IMG/VR virus record: IMGVR_UViG_3300026549_002379
Strand: one strand, 5' to 3'
Source of the DNA: an uncultured virus (IMG/VR IMGVR_UViG_3300026549_002379)
Lineage: Duplodnaviria; Heunggongvirae; Uroviricota; Caudoviricetes
Length of the DNA: 64,000 nt
Shown: positions 8,637 through 18,801 of the stretch, in pieces
Layout: every line of letters begins with the position of its first letter
Numbering within the stretch: position 1 is the stretch's first letter
Notes under the pieces: generated by a model
What the model was told of the DNA's origin: nothing
What the model saw: only the letters and a program-made list of their open reading frames with translations
Database searches by the model: none
Position numbers and translations under genes: made by a program

Positions 8637-9072
8637 TGTACACTTCGTACACTTCTGCATTCGCGATGTGTACACCGATGTGTACAGTCCAAAAGCATAC
8701 CGAAACATGTTCAATCTCGCTCAAAAATTCCGAAAGTGTACACATGTACACTTGTACACCAAAAATCCCGGTTCATTCCCGCGCGCGCGCGCGCGTGCGC
8801 ATGCGCGTATATATGGATTTTGATGTGTACATGTGTACATAATATGCGCTAAGCGTTCATTTCCAAGGGTCAGAACGTGTTCACATCAAAATTTCGATGT
8901 GTACAAAAAGGGGTGACATGTGTACAGAATATGGGGAAACCCTTGCGTTCCAAGGGTCTCACGGCGACGCAAAATCGAAAACGATGTGTACAACGGGGCA
9001 ATTCCGAAGTGTACACATGCATCCCGGAGCATGCCCCACCCTCAAAAACCATCCGCCCTCCCAACCTGTACA
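8637..9072. repeat. TGTACA repeat cluster with central (CG)n tract; candidate replication origin
   Basis: 13 perfect TGTACA hexamers counted in about 440 bp of non-coding DNA, plus an alternating purine-pyrimidine run at 8780-8813. Confidence 0.75.
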
Positions 9073-9851
9073 CAGTCCGTCGTCATCCTTATCTGAAGCA
9101 ACAGCAGACCGCGAAATTTGACGTCTGACGGCTTTTCCGGGCCTCATCCGATACGTTGTTCATCTCACGGACAAATGCCCCTTAAATCGCCTCTGAACGC
9201 CTTACACGGGCATACGCCACAACGCCCATGAAAATCAAGGCGCAGAAAAAGCGCCACGACCCCTCGTGACGCTTTCCTTTTCTATCTCTGATATTCGAAC
9301 CAGTTCACAATCCCGTAGTCACCGGTCGTACCAATATGCCCCTTCTTATATTGGAGCGTCATCTTCCTTTCCATAGTCACGCACCCCCAACAAAAAAAAA
9401 AAGACCCGCGGGACATGTTTCCCGCGAGTCATGCTCCTCTACGATGACACGGACAGCACTTCCTGCCATTCCTTCCATCGCTCCATGTTACTGCAGCAGT
9501 CACCTGCCAGCCACACCCACAGCGTTCCCCTGCTCTCGTTCACCGACACGCGCGTCGCATTGCCAAGAGCACGGCTCCTCTGTGGCATCCTGGCCAGTAT
9601 GGCCAGCGTCTTCTCGATGTCCTCGGGAGCCTTCCCATCTACGGCCACCTTGTACATGTGACCGTTCCGAACGATGATGAACTCCCTCGGACAGAACTCC
9701 ATTATCCTTCCGCCCTTCAGAGGACGTCCGCGCCAGGTGTCAGCCACGTCCCTGGCGTAGACCAGCACGTCGTGGTACCCGTACAGGTTGAACCTGTTGC
9801 AGGAACCTTCCACCTCGATTAACACACGTGCATCTGCCTCCTGTCAGGTGA

Positions 9852-10790
9852 TTATGACAGCTTGCTGCAGACCCGCACGACAGTGACATGTGCGTCATCG
9901 TCAATCGCCTTGACGCCCGGCACCGTCAATTGCAGGGTCTTCGTCTCACCAGCCTTGATATCCTCGCCAAGGTCGACGGTCGACGTCTCCTTGACGCGGT
10001 TGCCGTTCGTATACGACAGCATGACGGCCCCGTTCGTGATATCCGACTTCGACTTGTTCGTGACAACCAGGCTCACATGCATGCCCTCCCCATCGTACTT
10101 CGGCATGCCGTCTGTCTTCGCCTCGTAATCATCGGCGTCGATGACCCTGAAGGTAGCCGGTGCCTGCTTGGCGTTCGCACTATAGTCGTACGAGCCATCA
10201 TCCTTCTGCTTGTAATTGTACTGATAAGACTGGTCGTCCCCGACCGTGTCCACAGTCATGGACGTCACGGCGACGCCGTCCAGATACACGGCATTCGTGT
10301 AGTCGGGCATTGATGTGTCGTCCTTTACGACGACCGGCCCGTCCATCGTGACAGTCTTCTCCTCGCCTGCGTCCAGCGTCAGACCTTCCAGCTCCGTCGC
10401 ATCCCACATGGCGTACCCGCCGCAGTTGTCCGAATGGAAGCCGACGAATCCGGGATGCGTCTCGTTGTCCAGCTTAGCCGCCTCGTTCGAGCCGTTCACC
10501 GTGGCGTTGCCCGCCATCGTGACATCGAACCCGCTCATCGTCTTGTCCGAGTCGTTCTTCAACTTAATCTTGATGTCGCTGTTCTGCATGTCGAAGCTCA
10601 CGTCCTCGACCAAGAGCTCCCCGGTCGCCTTATGGGCCTCGCTCGACTCCGTCTGCGTCGGCGCAAATCGAGATAGCCAGCCGCCTCGCCGCTCGCCAGA
10701 CAACGTTCCACCGGTACCGCACGCACAGAGCCCGAACGCGCACACTGCGGCAAGCGCTACGGCACTCGCCTTGATGACTTTCTTGTTCAT
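9852..10790 (-). CDS. Putative lipoprotein
   Basis: MNKKVIKASAVALAAVCAFGLCAC: basic N-terminus, hydrophobic core, lipobox Cys; two Ig-like beta-rich segments. Confidence 0.7.
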   Translation of the reverse strand: MNKKVIKASAVALAAVCAFGLCACGTGGTLSGERRGGWLSRFAPTQTESSEAHKATGELLVEDVSFDMQNSDIKIKLKNDSDKTMSGFDVTMAGNATVNGSNEAAKLDNETHPGFVGFHSDNCGGYAMWDATELEGLTLDAGEEKTVTMDGPVVVKDDTSMPDYTNAVYLDGVAVTSMTVDTVGDDQSYQYNYKQKDDGSYDYSANAKQAPATFRVIDADDYEAKTDGMPKYDGEGMHVSLVVTNKSKSDITNGAVMLSYTNGNRVKETSTVDLGEDIKAGETKTLQLTVPGVKAIDDDAHVTVVRVCSKLS

Positions 10791-11147
10791 GTTCATCCTC
10801 CGTTTCTGATATTTGTTTCCTACGGCATGGCGCACCCATGCCAGAAATCACACATGGTCACATGTATTATCTCATATATCAGCAGAAATCGCAACACATT
10901 TCGACATGTGCCCCAAAGCACAAGAAAACCCCGCCGACAGTGCCGACGGGGCTCCGTTTTAGCCATACCCCCGGCGCATTGTATCTGCACTTGCCATGAC
11001 GGCATCGCACACTGGTCATTATGACACCATTTACGAACCATATCGGAACCAATAAGTATCCCACGAGCAAAGGCTTCCGCCCATGTCTCGGCTACCGTTT
11101 CGGTACTCGAGAATATCGGTACCATTTTGGAACCATCATGAAACCAA

Positions 11148-11190
11148 AAAGTGTCCCGTCACGGCAAACCCTCTGCCGCACGGGACACAT
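11148..11190 (-). terminator. Putative intrinsic terminator
   Basis: gtgtcccg...cgggacac inverted repeat followed on the minus strand by a T run, downstream of the phosphoesterase operon. Confidence 0.55.
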
Positions 11191-11210
11191 TCGTTCGTAA
11201 TTCTATGTCA

Positions 11211-11792
11211 TCAGCCCTGTCCGATGCCCGCCTGCTTCCGCTCGGTCGCTGCGTCTATCGTCAGGCGATGGATGCCGGGCGAAGCTGCCAGCAGACCATG
11301 CTCGATTTCCTTGCCGAGGTTCACGGGAACGTATCCGCAGACGTTCGCCGCGAGGTTCAGGCAATGACACCCGAACCGGTTGTCATAACGCATGACCCCG
11401 TCGTGTACATGGCCGTGCACGTTCGTCGCAAACGGCAGTTCCACAGGCTCATGCGACAGCACGAGCTTCGGCGTGACGAACAACGGACCCTCGTAAATCT
11501 CATCGAACAGGTCGACATACGCCGACGTGCCCATGTCATGGTTGCCCGTAATCAGCACGCGGCGCTTCGTCCTCACGCCGCGCATGTAGAACGGCGCTCC
11601 GACATCGCCCAAAAGGACCAGCGTGTCACACGGCTTCACCAGGTCATTGATGAGCCTTATGTGGCGATGCGGCTCCGGCCAGTCCTCTGACATGAGCTTG
11701 CAGTCGATGTCGGCAAAATGCGTGTCACTGAGCACGTACACGGCACCTCCGTCCGACCAATGCCGGAACGGCTGGTAAAGCTGTGGAATCAT
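11211..11792 (-). CDS. Calcineurin-like metallophosphoesterase
   Basis: SDTHF, LGDVG, GNHD, SHEP and HGHVH motifs. Confidence 0.88.
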   Translation of the reverse strand: MIPQLYQPFRHWSDGGAVYVLSDTHFADIDCKLMSEDWPEPHRHIRLINDLVKPCDTLVLLGDVGAPFYMRGVRTKRRVLITGNHDMGTSAYVDLFDEIYEGPLFVTPKLVLSHEPVELPFATNVHGHVHDGVMRYDNRFGCHCLNLAANVCGYVPVNLGKEIEHGLLAASPGIHRLTIDAATERKQAGIGQG

Positions 11793-11793
11793 G

Positions 11794-12468
11794 TCATCCC
11801 TCCTCATAGAACAGCGCGAAATCATCATCCGGGTCGGACTGCCTGTAGGCGGCCTTCGCCAACCAGACCTCCTCCTTGTATTCCATCTCGGAATACATCG
11901 AGTCATCGACCTCGTCCCCGTCTGCATCGCAGAGCCTGGAGTCGAAGTCCCTTCGAGCAATCAGCTGGAGCATCTCGTCCGTGCACTTCGCATAGATGCA
12001 CGAACTCAGCTCATGCCCGGTCGCCCTTTTGTATGCCTCGCCAAGCTTGTTCGACAGCTCGTAGTCGCCGTGCCACTCCCCGAGGTCCGTGACATGGCAT
12101 GCATAGGCCTTCATCGGCACCATCTGCGAGAAGTCGTCGAAGTCCGACCACGGAATCGTGACCTTCTCACCGGTCTCGGCAGACTCGTAGGTGACGTCGA
12201 ACCCGTTCGACCTCACAATCGAATACTTGAAACCCGCACTAGCCCCATGCGCCCGCAGGCATGCCTCGTAATCGGTCTTCTTGACGAAGACCTCGACGCT
12301 CTCCGTATACGGCAGCAGGTCCCTGTAGACATCCGGCGACCGGTCAAGTTCCTCCTGCGTAAACGTCAGGAAGTCCTCTTCGAGCTTCGTTATGGAATTG
12401 TCCTCGTATCCCTTCAGAAAGCCGACACGCGGCCTCTGAACAATCATCAGCGTCTGCTCAAGGCTCAT
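11794..12468 (-). CDS. Hypothetical protein
   Basis: 224-aa ORF tightly packed in the operon. Confidence 0.65.
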   Translation of the reverse strand: MSLEQTLMIVQRPRVGFLKGYEDNSITKLEEDFLTFTQEELDRSPDVYRDLLPYTESVEVFVKKTDYEACLRAHGASAGFKYSIVRSNGFDVTYESAETGEKVTIPWSDFDDFSQMVPMKAYACHVTDLGEWHGDYELSNKLGEAYKRATGHELSSCIYAKCTDEMLQLIARRDFDSRLCDADGDEVDDSMYSEMEYKEEVWLAKAAYRQSDPDDDFALFYEEG

Positions 12469-12471
12469 AGG

Positions 12472-12771
12472 CTAGAACCTCCCATCCGTGCTCTGCCCGG
12501 CGTCAGGTCTGACATCCTGCACGGCAGACTCTGCCGCATCGGCAGGCTCCTCACGCACGGGCATCCTGTGCGCGGCCTCATACAGGTCACCGAGGTGCCT
12601 GATGAAATGCTGGCGCTCCTTGGTCTTCATATCGACGAGCTGCGGGAACACGGCGACGACGTCCTTGCCAATCGGCGTGTACATCCTCTGCTCATGTGCT
12701 TCCTTGGCCTTGAGAATCCGCTCGCGCTTCGCCTCAACGGCCGCCAGCTCAGCTTCGTAGTCTCTTGCCAT
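12472..12771 (-). CDS. Hypothetical protein
   Basis: 99-aa ORF with RBS AAAGGAGG. Confidence 0.6.
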   Translation of the reverse strand: MARDYEAELAAVEAKRERILKAKEAHEQRMYTPIGKDVVAVFPQLVDMKTKERQHFIRHLGDLYEAAHRMPVREEPADAAESAVQDVRPDAGQSTDGRF

Positions 12772-12882
12772 ATCGTGGCCTCCTTTCTCATATCCTCATA
12801 AACGCAAGAAGGCGCGTCACAAGACCCTCGGAAAGGCCCCATGACACGCCTCCGTGCCGGTCAGTAAAATATTCCGGACCAA

Positions 12883-13176
12883 TTACTCCGCAACAGCGTC
12901 CTTCAACTTCTTGCTGAAAGAAATCTTCGGAACGGTCTTCTCGGGAATCTGAATCGTCTCGCCAGTGCGAATGTTGCGTCCCTCGCGGGCTGCGCTCACA
13001 CGGGTACCGAAAGTGCCGAATCCCGGAATCGTGATGGACTCCTTTGCCGTCATAATCTCGCCGGTGACGGCGAACACTGCCTTAATCTTACGCTCGGCGT
13101 CGGCCTTGGACGCGAACGGATATCCGGCAGCTGCCTGATTTTCCATAACCTTGGTTACCATCTCAGAAAATGTCAT
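12883..13176 (-). CDS. hup: HU-family DNA-binding protein
   Basis: ITIPGFGTFGTRVSAAREGRNIRTGETIQIPEKTVPKISFSKKLKDAV; promoter TTGCCT-N17-TATAAT at 13265-13237. Confidence 0.92.
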   Translation of the reverse strand: MTFSEMVTKVMENQAAAGYPFASKADAERKIKAVFAVTGEIMTAKESITIPGFGTFGTRVSAAREGRNIRTGETIQIPEKTVPKISFSKKLKDAVAE

Positions 13177-13287
13177 TTTGCTTTACCTCTCTTTCGCTTT
13201 CTGAATACTGCGGCTGTTTGCCGCGCTTACAATGCCATTATAACCCTTGCAAATCAATAAGGCAATAGCTTTGCTACATAAATGAGC

Positions 13288-13863
13288 CTAAAATGCGAGC
13301 TCGTGCACCTGATGCTCCGCCAGGCACTCCAGGAACGCCTGCATCTTCAGCTTCGACAGCCCGCCGACGGACAGCGTCGACGCGTCCTCGAACCCAATCA
13401 ACACGACATCGTTGCTGTGCTGGTACATCTGCATGGACTCCCACGAATGGCCGTCACGGTACTTGCCGATTTCCACGGCCAGACCGTTGTCACCGCATAT
13501 CACGGTGCCATAGCCGGACTGCTCGCGCACATATCCGCGGGACACCTGACACATCACCTTCGTACAGCGCAGCTTCACGCTCCCTGTCTTGAACTTACCG
13601 TTCGGCCTGCCCGCCTTCGACCGGTTGCGTGCCTCCGGGCGTACGTGGTCATCGTCATCCTGGTCCTCATCGAGCTCGCCGATGGACGATGCCAGAAGCA
13701 TGATGCCCACTATGCCGATGTCGCACACCAAAATGATGATGCCCTGCAGCAGGTGCGAGTAATAGACGCACCCGACGCCTACGACCGCGGCCAGCAGAAG
13801 GCCGATAATCGCCAAAGTTTTCAGCACGCTTGCCGCCGTGCCATTCGACTCCTTCTTCTTCAT
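13288..13863 (-). CDS. Hypothetical membrane protein
   Basis: Two N-terminal hydrophobic helices; RBS AAAGGAG. Confidence 0.6.
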   Translation of the reverse strand: MKKKESNGTAASVLKTLAIIGLLLAAVVGVGCVYYSHLLQGIIILVCDIGIVGIMLLASSIGELDEDQDDDDHVRPEARNRSKAGRPNGKFKTGSVKLRCTKVMCQVSRGYVREQSGYGTVICGDNGLAVEIGKYRDGHSWESMQMYQHSNDVVLIGFEDASTLSVGGLSKLKMQAFLECLAEHQVHELAF

Positions 13864-14023
13864 GTTGCCTATCTCCTTTACGTTACACGCAATTCACTTA
13901 CCTTGTGCAACCATAATAACACACATCGCCTCATTTATCAAGACAAAATAAATAACACCCTTGAAAATGAGGCCAAAGAAAAGCGTCCGATGCCAATGCT
14001 GACAACGGACGCCTGTATTCTTT

Positions 14024-14344
14024 TTATTCCACTGCCACGTCACCTTCGGCATCCAGTTCCCTGAACCTGCGGTTCAGAACGTCGGAAGCCGAGAACTTGA
14101 ACACAACGTAGTCAGGCACTTCGCCATGACCCTCGAACTGTACCGGATGACCCTTGTGCCTCTGCAGGTAAAACGAGCCGAACCCGGTTATCGTCAAAGT
14201 CGAACCGTCAGCGACAATGTTCTTGGTGCGGTCAACGCACGCATTGAACACCTTCGTGACGACGTCGACTGGCATGTCCACTTCCTGGGCAACGTCGGCA
14301 AGGAACTGTTTCTTCGTCACCCTTGCCTTGTCATTCATCGTCAT
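14024..14344 (-). CDS. Divergent HU/IHF-like DNA-binding protein
   Basis: VTKKQFLADVA...LTITGFGSFYLQRHKGH...VPDYVVFKFSASDVL; promoter TTGATT-N17-TACAAT at 14465-14437. Confidence 0.8.
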   Translation of the reverse strand: MTMNDKARVTKKQFLADVAQEVDMPVDVVTKVFNACVDRTKNIVADGSTLTITGFGSFYLQRHKGHPVQFEGHGEVPDYVVFKFSASDVLNRRFRELDAEGDVAVE

Positions 14345-14507
14345 ACGTCCTTTCGTATACTTGACCTTCCAATCGTCTTGCAGCCATGCCCTGCCGCACC
14401 GTGTGCGACCCAGCCAACCGGGATGCCTGCAAGATGATTGTATCTCATATATGCTCAAAAATCAAGCGTTTTAGGACAAATGACGCGTTGACCCTAACAG
14501 TGCGGCC

Positions 14508-14750
14508 TTAGCCGAGACTCGTATCGTAGCGAGGGTCGCGCCTGTCCTTGTTCTCCTGCTTCAGACGCTCCATATCACGCTCGATATCCGCCAGCTCCTT
14601 CTCGCGAGCAGCCTGACGCTCCGCACGCTCACGTTCGCGCTTCTGCTCCTCAGTCTCGTCAAGACCCCACTTCTGCGGCGCCTTGTCCTTCAGCCAGGAC
14701 GTATCGTCCATGCCATTTTCAAGAAAATGGCTTCTTACCTTGTCACGCAT
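14508..14750 (-). CDS. Hypothetical protein (RNAP operon)
   Basis: Start MRDKVRSHF after AAGGAGG RBS; charged coiled-coil. Confidence 0.6.
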   Translation of the reverse strand: MRDKVRSHFLENGMDDTSWLKDKAPQKWGLDETEEQKRERERAERQAAREKELADIERDMERLKQENKDRRDPRYDTSLG

Positions 14751-14763
14751 GTCAGCTACCTCC

Positions 14764-15018
14764 TTATAAAAACTCAGGTCCGTCGTACTCAGAACCGGCA
14801 TTTCGCATAATGTCACTGGCCAGACGAGTCGTCGCATAACTCAGTGCCACACGCCTTGCCGTATCGACCTGCTTCTGCACGCCGTCCTTCATCTTCCGCG
14901 TCCGCTCGTTGTCCCTGCCGACGATATCAATCGCAGCATCAGTCTCAGTGACCTTATCAATCGCCTTCGCCACAGCACCATCGACACTGCGCACCACACT
15001 CTTTCTCATCGTACCCAT
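14764..15018 (-). CDS. Hypothetical protein (RNAP operon)
   Basis: 84 aa, RBS GGAGGTG; ends EYDGPEFL. Confidence 0.6.
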   Translation of the reverse strand: MGTMRKSVVRSVDGAVAKAIDKVTETDAAIDIVGRDNERTRKMKDGVQKQVDTARRVALSYATTRLASDIMRNAGSEYDGPEFL

Positions 15019-15033
15019 GCAAAATCACCTCCA

Positions 15034-15594
15034 TCAGTACTCAGGACCGTCCTTGCCGGTACCGTCCGGTCCGTTGTCACGGATGTCATCGCCCAGGTCG
15101 GACGCCTGACGCTCCAGCATGTCGCGAATCGACGTAGGCGAACCGGAAGGCTTCGGGCCATCATTTTCAGGACCCGCGCTGCCACGTCCGCTCCGCCCGC
15201 GACGACCGGCATTGCCGCCGCCCTGCATCTGGTTCAGCATCTGCTGCATCAGCTGGTTGTTCTTCTCCATCGCTTCAGCAAGGCGCTCGTTATCACCGCT
15301 GAAACGCAAAGCCTCAGCATGTTCCGCCTTGGCATCGAGCTCCATGCGGCTATCATCACTCATATCATGCTCATTCAAGCGGTTGCCCATGAAACCGGCA
15401 GTCTCCTCTGCCGTCAGCCTCATCTGCCCCATACGCATGAACTCATGTGCCATACGCCCAAACGGGTTCATCTGCTTGCGCATCATCTTGCGGCGCTCCG
15501 CCTCTTCCTTGTCCCTCTGATGCTGCTGTCTGGCCGCATCGTTGCCAAATACGTCGTCCAGCCCATCAATGAAGGCCTCTTCTAATGCAGACAT
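15034..15594 (-). CDS. Hypothetical protein (RNAP operon)
   Basis: 186 aa, RBS AAGGAGG; ends KDGPEY. Confidence 0.65.
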   Translation of the reverse strand: MSALEEAFIDGLDDVFGNDAARQQHQRDKEEAERRKMMRKQMNPFGRMAHEFMRMGQMRLTAEETAGFMGNRLNEHDMSDDSRMELDAKAEHAEALRFSGDNERLAEAMEKNNQLMQQMLNQMQGGGNAGRRGRSGRGSAGPENDGPKPSGSPTSIRDMLERQASDLGDDIRDNGPDGTGKDGPEY

Positions 15595-15606
15595 ATCGCT
15601 ACCTCC

Positions 15607-16230
15607 TTACAAATACTTCTCGATGGTCCTGGAACCAGGATAGAAGTCATCCTCAGTCTCGCCATCGTTATAGACACCGTCCTCAAGCACATCAGGAAGC
15701 TTGCGCTTCACGTAGTCGTCATCAGCCGTCGTCTCCGTACCACGCGCGTATCTGCCGGCCACACGCTCCACATCGTCCACCAGGCCAGCCTTCCTGACCT
15801 CATGCGAGACCTTGCGTTCGGCCGTCGAGAGACGTCCGTCCTCGTGGGCCTCGCGATAGGCCTTGGCCTTCGGACGCTCGTCGGCAAGCTTCTGCTGAAG
15901 CTCGGCATGCGTCTTGTCGACCGGGTCGAAATCATCTTCCCTCTTCGTACCCAGCCGGTCAGACTCGGCCTTCTCCTGCTCGAACTCGTCCATGCCCTGA
16001 TGGTCATATATCATCTCACGGTACTCCGTCGACCCCATCTGAAGCGACGCACCGCCAGACCTCGAGTCATCTTCTGAACCAGCCATACGACGTGCCTTGT
16101 CAGTACGCGCCTCCTCGGCCTCCAGTTCGCGGATGCCCTCGAGCTCGACCTGACGCGCCCGTCTCTGGGCACGCGTCTCGCCTTCGCCCCTGTGCATATT
16201 GGGCATCAGCGGTCTCTTTCTGTCCTTCAT
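15607..16230 (-). CDS. Hypothetical protein (RNAP operon)
   Basis: 207 aa, highly charged, RBS GGGAGGTG. Confidence 0.65.
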   Translation of the reverse strand: MKDRKRPLMPNMHRGEGETRAQRRARQVELEGIRELEAEEARTDKARRMAGSEDDSRSGGASLQMGSTEYREMIYDHQGMDEFEQEKAESDRLGTKREDDFDPVDKTHAELQQKLADERPKAKAYREAHEDGRLSTAERKVSHEVRKAGLVDDVERVAGRYARGTETTADDDYVKRKLPDVLEDGVYNDGETEDDFYPGSRTIEKYL

Positions 16231-16245
16231 ACACGTTCACCTCCC

Positions 16246-18786
16246 TTACGGCATCTGATGGTCGTCGGACATGTCGTCCGGCTCCACGTTGTCGAATATC
16301 GTGGCAAACTGGTCTTCTGCAACCTTGCCACGGTCTTCAACATTACGCTCATGCAAATCCTCGCGAGCCTTCTCGCGTGCCTCTTTCTCAGCCTGCGTCT
16401 CTTTATTGATATGCGTGTCCGTTTGCCTGTCCGTAGCAGCGTCCGGCACGCCGCCATACGATTCAAACAGCCCCATGTACTTGTCCCAAAGCCGCTGGTT
16501 CTTCTTCGGGTTGCAAAGCTTCTCGGCCTTGTCTACCGTATCGCGGATATTCTGCGGAATCTTGACATTTCCGTCCTTGTCCTTCACAGGGCAACCTCTC
16601 TCGTCAGTCTCCGCACAGCTCTCCATCCACTTCTGGCAGACTGAACGCTCACAGTCGCGGGCTGCGTCCAGAGTCGCCGTCGGATGGTCGGCGCTCCTGG
16701 CCTGCCAGCTTACCGAATAACCGTCATGAAGCCATCTCGTAAGGTACAGCATCTGATTGGTCTTCAGGTTGATGTCATTGCGCGCCTTGTCGTAATCACG
16801 GTCAATATCGTCCCTGAATTTATTGCACTTCTTGCTGATATCCAAGTCCTCCTGTGAACGAGCCTCATCCACATCAGCCATCAGCTTTTCACGAAGCTCC
16901 TCTTTCTGCTGCTTCACCGCCATGTCACGAGCCTCGTCCAGCCTGTCAGGCGCCTCGTATGCGCCCGTATCTTCGTTCACCTCAAGAACCACGTTGTACT
17001 TATCGCAGAAATCAAGCACAGCGGCAGATTCCAGACTCGCCCGCTCGTCAGGGCTCTTGCCTGCGAGCTCATTCTTCAGCTTGACCCACGTCTCCTTGAA
17101 GTCGTCATTGATTTCGTTGCCACGAGCCTCGCACTTGGCGTCAACGTCCTTTACGGCCTTGTCACGAGTCTTATTTGCTGCCCTCTCGAGCTTCTTGCGA
17201 AGACGCCCTACCGCCTGCTCCTCCACGGCGTACTTTTCCTCATCGAACGACATCGGGGACGCGCTGTTTGCATCAGGCTTGTACCCGTACTTTTCCCCAA
17301 GTGACCGCAATGCCTGACGCTCCAAGCCACGTCCAAAGTCACTGGTGAAATCCATAATCGCGGCATCGGCGGTCGTGGCATTCTGCTTCTCGTCGTTCGA
17401 GAACTTCATCTGAGCCAGAAGCGACGCAAATCCGCTTGCCTGCTTCACCATCCAGACGCCATCCTCGGACTCGCCGCACTGCCTGTACACGGAACGCGCG
17501 GCATCGACGACCTGCGCCCTGCCATAGGCGTCCATTGCAGCCGTCGCGCGGTCAGACGCGCTCATTCCATCGTCCTTGCACATCGTGCCCATGCGGTCAA
17601 TCATGGCATCTGCGACTGCCATATCCTTTTCATGAATCTTAGCCTGCTCGTCATACCATGCGTCACGCTCGTCATAACTCTTGACACCCGGCTTCAGGGG
17701 CTGCATGTTAAGCATCTTACGGCGCATGAACTCAGCGGCATCGCCATGCTCCATTCCGCTTTTCCCAAGCTCATGCTCGCCCTCAAGCACCACATCGGTC
17801 CATTCCCGAGCGAGTCTTGCCTCATTCACCTGTCCTCTCGGCGAGAACAGCTTGTTAAATCTCTTACCGTCGGAATCCAGGTACTCGCCCGTCCATACCA
17901 GCCGGTTCACGACCTTCGGATTGCCGTCCTTATCGTACATCAGGTCCTGGACATGATGCGCCTTATCCGGCTTGACATTGTCATACATGATTTCGCTGAA
18001 ATACTTGGCATTCGTCTTGTCCGCACGGCACATACGCCCGACGATGACATGTTCCTGCTGGATGATATCTTCCTCGCTGACACCGTCACGACGCGCCATC
18101 TCCAGAAGCGTATTCTCCGCGTCCTTGAACTGCGTCATTACCTCATCGGCCTTGATTCTGCCGTCACGGACGCCATCGTATGTCTCCTTGATGAGAGACA
18201 CATGCTGGATTGCCGCGGTCTCGGCATTCAGAGGAAGGCGTTCAAAATTACTCGCACGCAGATACTTCTCGGACATGTCGCGAAGCTTCTGTCCCATCGG
18301 CGAGTCCTGCCCCTTGCGAAGCTCGAACTCATGCGCCAGGGACCCGAGAAGCTTTCCCGCGCCACGCTGCACCTGACGACGCGCGTCAGGATTCGATGCC
18401 GCCAGACCGGCATACATGCCGACAGCCTCAAGGATATTACCAGGATTGAAACCCTGCTCCAGAGGGCTCATGCACATCAGGAGCATACGCCTGTTCCACA
18501 TGCGATTCATGCTATTCGCATTGCGTATACGCTCGGCATCCTTCTGGGCAATCCAGAAATTGCCCTGCGTCTTGTAATCGGTCAGGCTGGTGACAAGATT
18601 GTCATGCTGGTTCTGCAGCCGCTCCATCATGGCCTTGACACGTGCATCCTCATCAGAGCCCTCCGTCACGTACTGACTGTTCACCTTCTCGTTTGCACGA
18701 CGTGCCTCGTATTCCTTACGAGCCTCGCGCCTCTTGTCCCGCGACCGTGCCTTGTTCGGCTTCAGCGGTTCTCTCTTGTTCGCCAT
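16246..18786 (-). CDS. Large hypothetical helical protein (RNAP operon)
   Basis: 846-aa ORF, RBS AAAGGAGG; no motif recognised. Confidence 0.75.
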   Translation of the reverse strand: MANKREPLKPNKARSRDKRREARKEYEARRANEKVNSQYVTEGSDEDARVKAMMERLQNQHDNLVTSLTDYKTQGNFWIAQKDAERIRNANSMNRMWNRRMLLMCMSPLEQGFNPGNILEAVGMYAGLAASNPDARRQVQRGAGKLLGSLAHEFELRKGQDSPMGQKLRDMSEKYLRASNFERLPLNAETAAIQHVSLIKETYDGVRDGRIKADEVMTQFKDAENTLLEMARRDGVSEEDIIQQEHVIVGRMCRADKTNAKYFSEIMYDNVKPDKAHHVQDLMYDKDGNPKVVNRLVWTGEYLDSDGKRFNKLFSPRGQVNEARLAREWTDVVLEGEHELGKSGMEHGDAAEFMRRKMLNMQPLKPGVKSYDERDAWYDEQAKIHEKDMAVADAMIDRMGTMCKDDGMSASDRATAAMDAYGRAQVVDAARSVYRQCGESEDGVWMVKQASGFASLLAQMKFSNDEKQNATTADAAIMDFTSDFGRGLERQALRSLGEKYGYKPDANSASPMSFDEEKYAVEEQAVGRLRKKLERAANKTRDKAVKDVDAKCEARGNEINDDFKETWVKLKNELAGKSPDERASLESAAVLDFCDKYNVVLEVNEDTGAYEAPDRLDEARDMAVKQQKEELREKLMADVDEARSQEDLDISKKCNKFRDDIDRDYDKARNDINLKTNQMLYLTRWLHDGYSVSWQARSADHPTATLDAARDCERSVCQKWMESCAETDERGCPVKDKDGNVKIPQNIRDTVDKAEKLCNPKKNQRLWDKYMGLFESYGGVPDAATDRQTDTHINKETQAEKEAREKAREDLHERNVEDRGKVAEDQFATIFDNVEPDDMSDDHQMP

Positions 18787-18801
18787 GCTATCGTCCCTCC
18801 T

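Noticed and set aside
8637..9072. Possible CRISPR array
   Set aside because: Repeats are 6-10 bp with irregular spacing; no 25-40 bp repeat-spacer periodicity and no cas genes.
11025..11150. Repeated (G/A)AACCA words upstream of the lipoprotein gene
   Set aside because: Short and irregularly spaced; cannot be distinguished from chance without comparative data.
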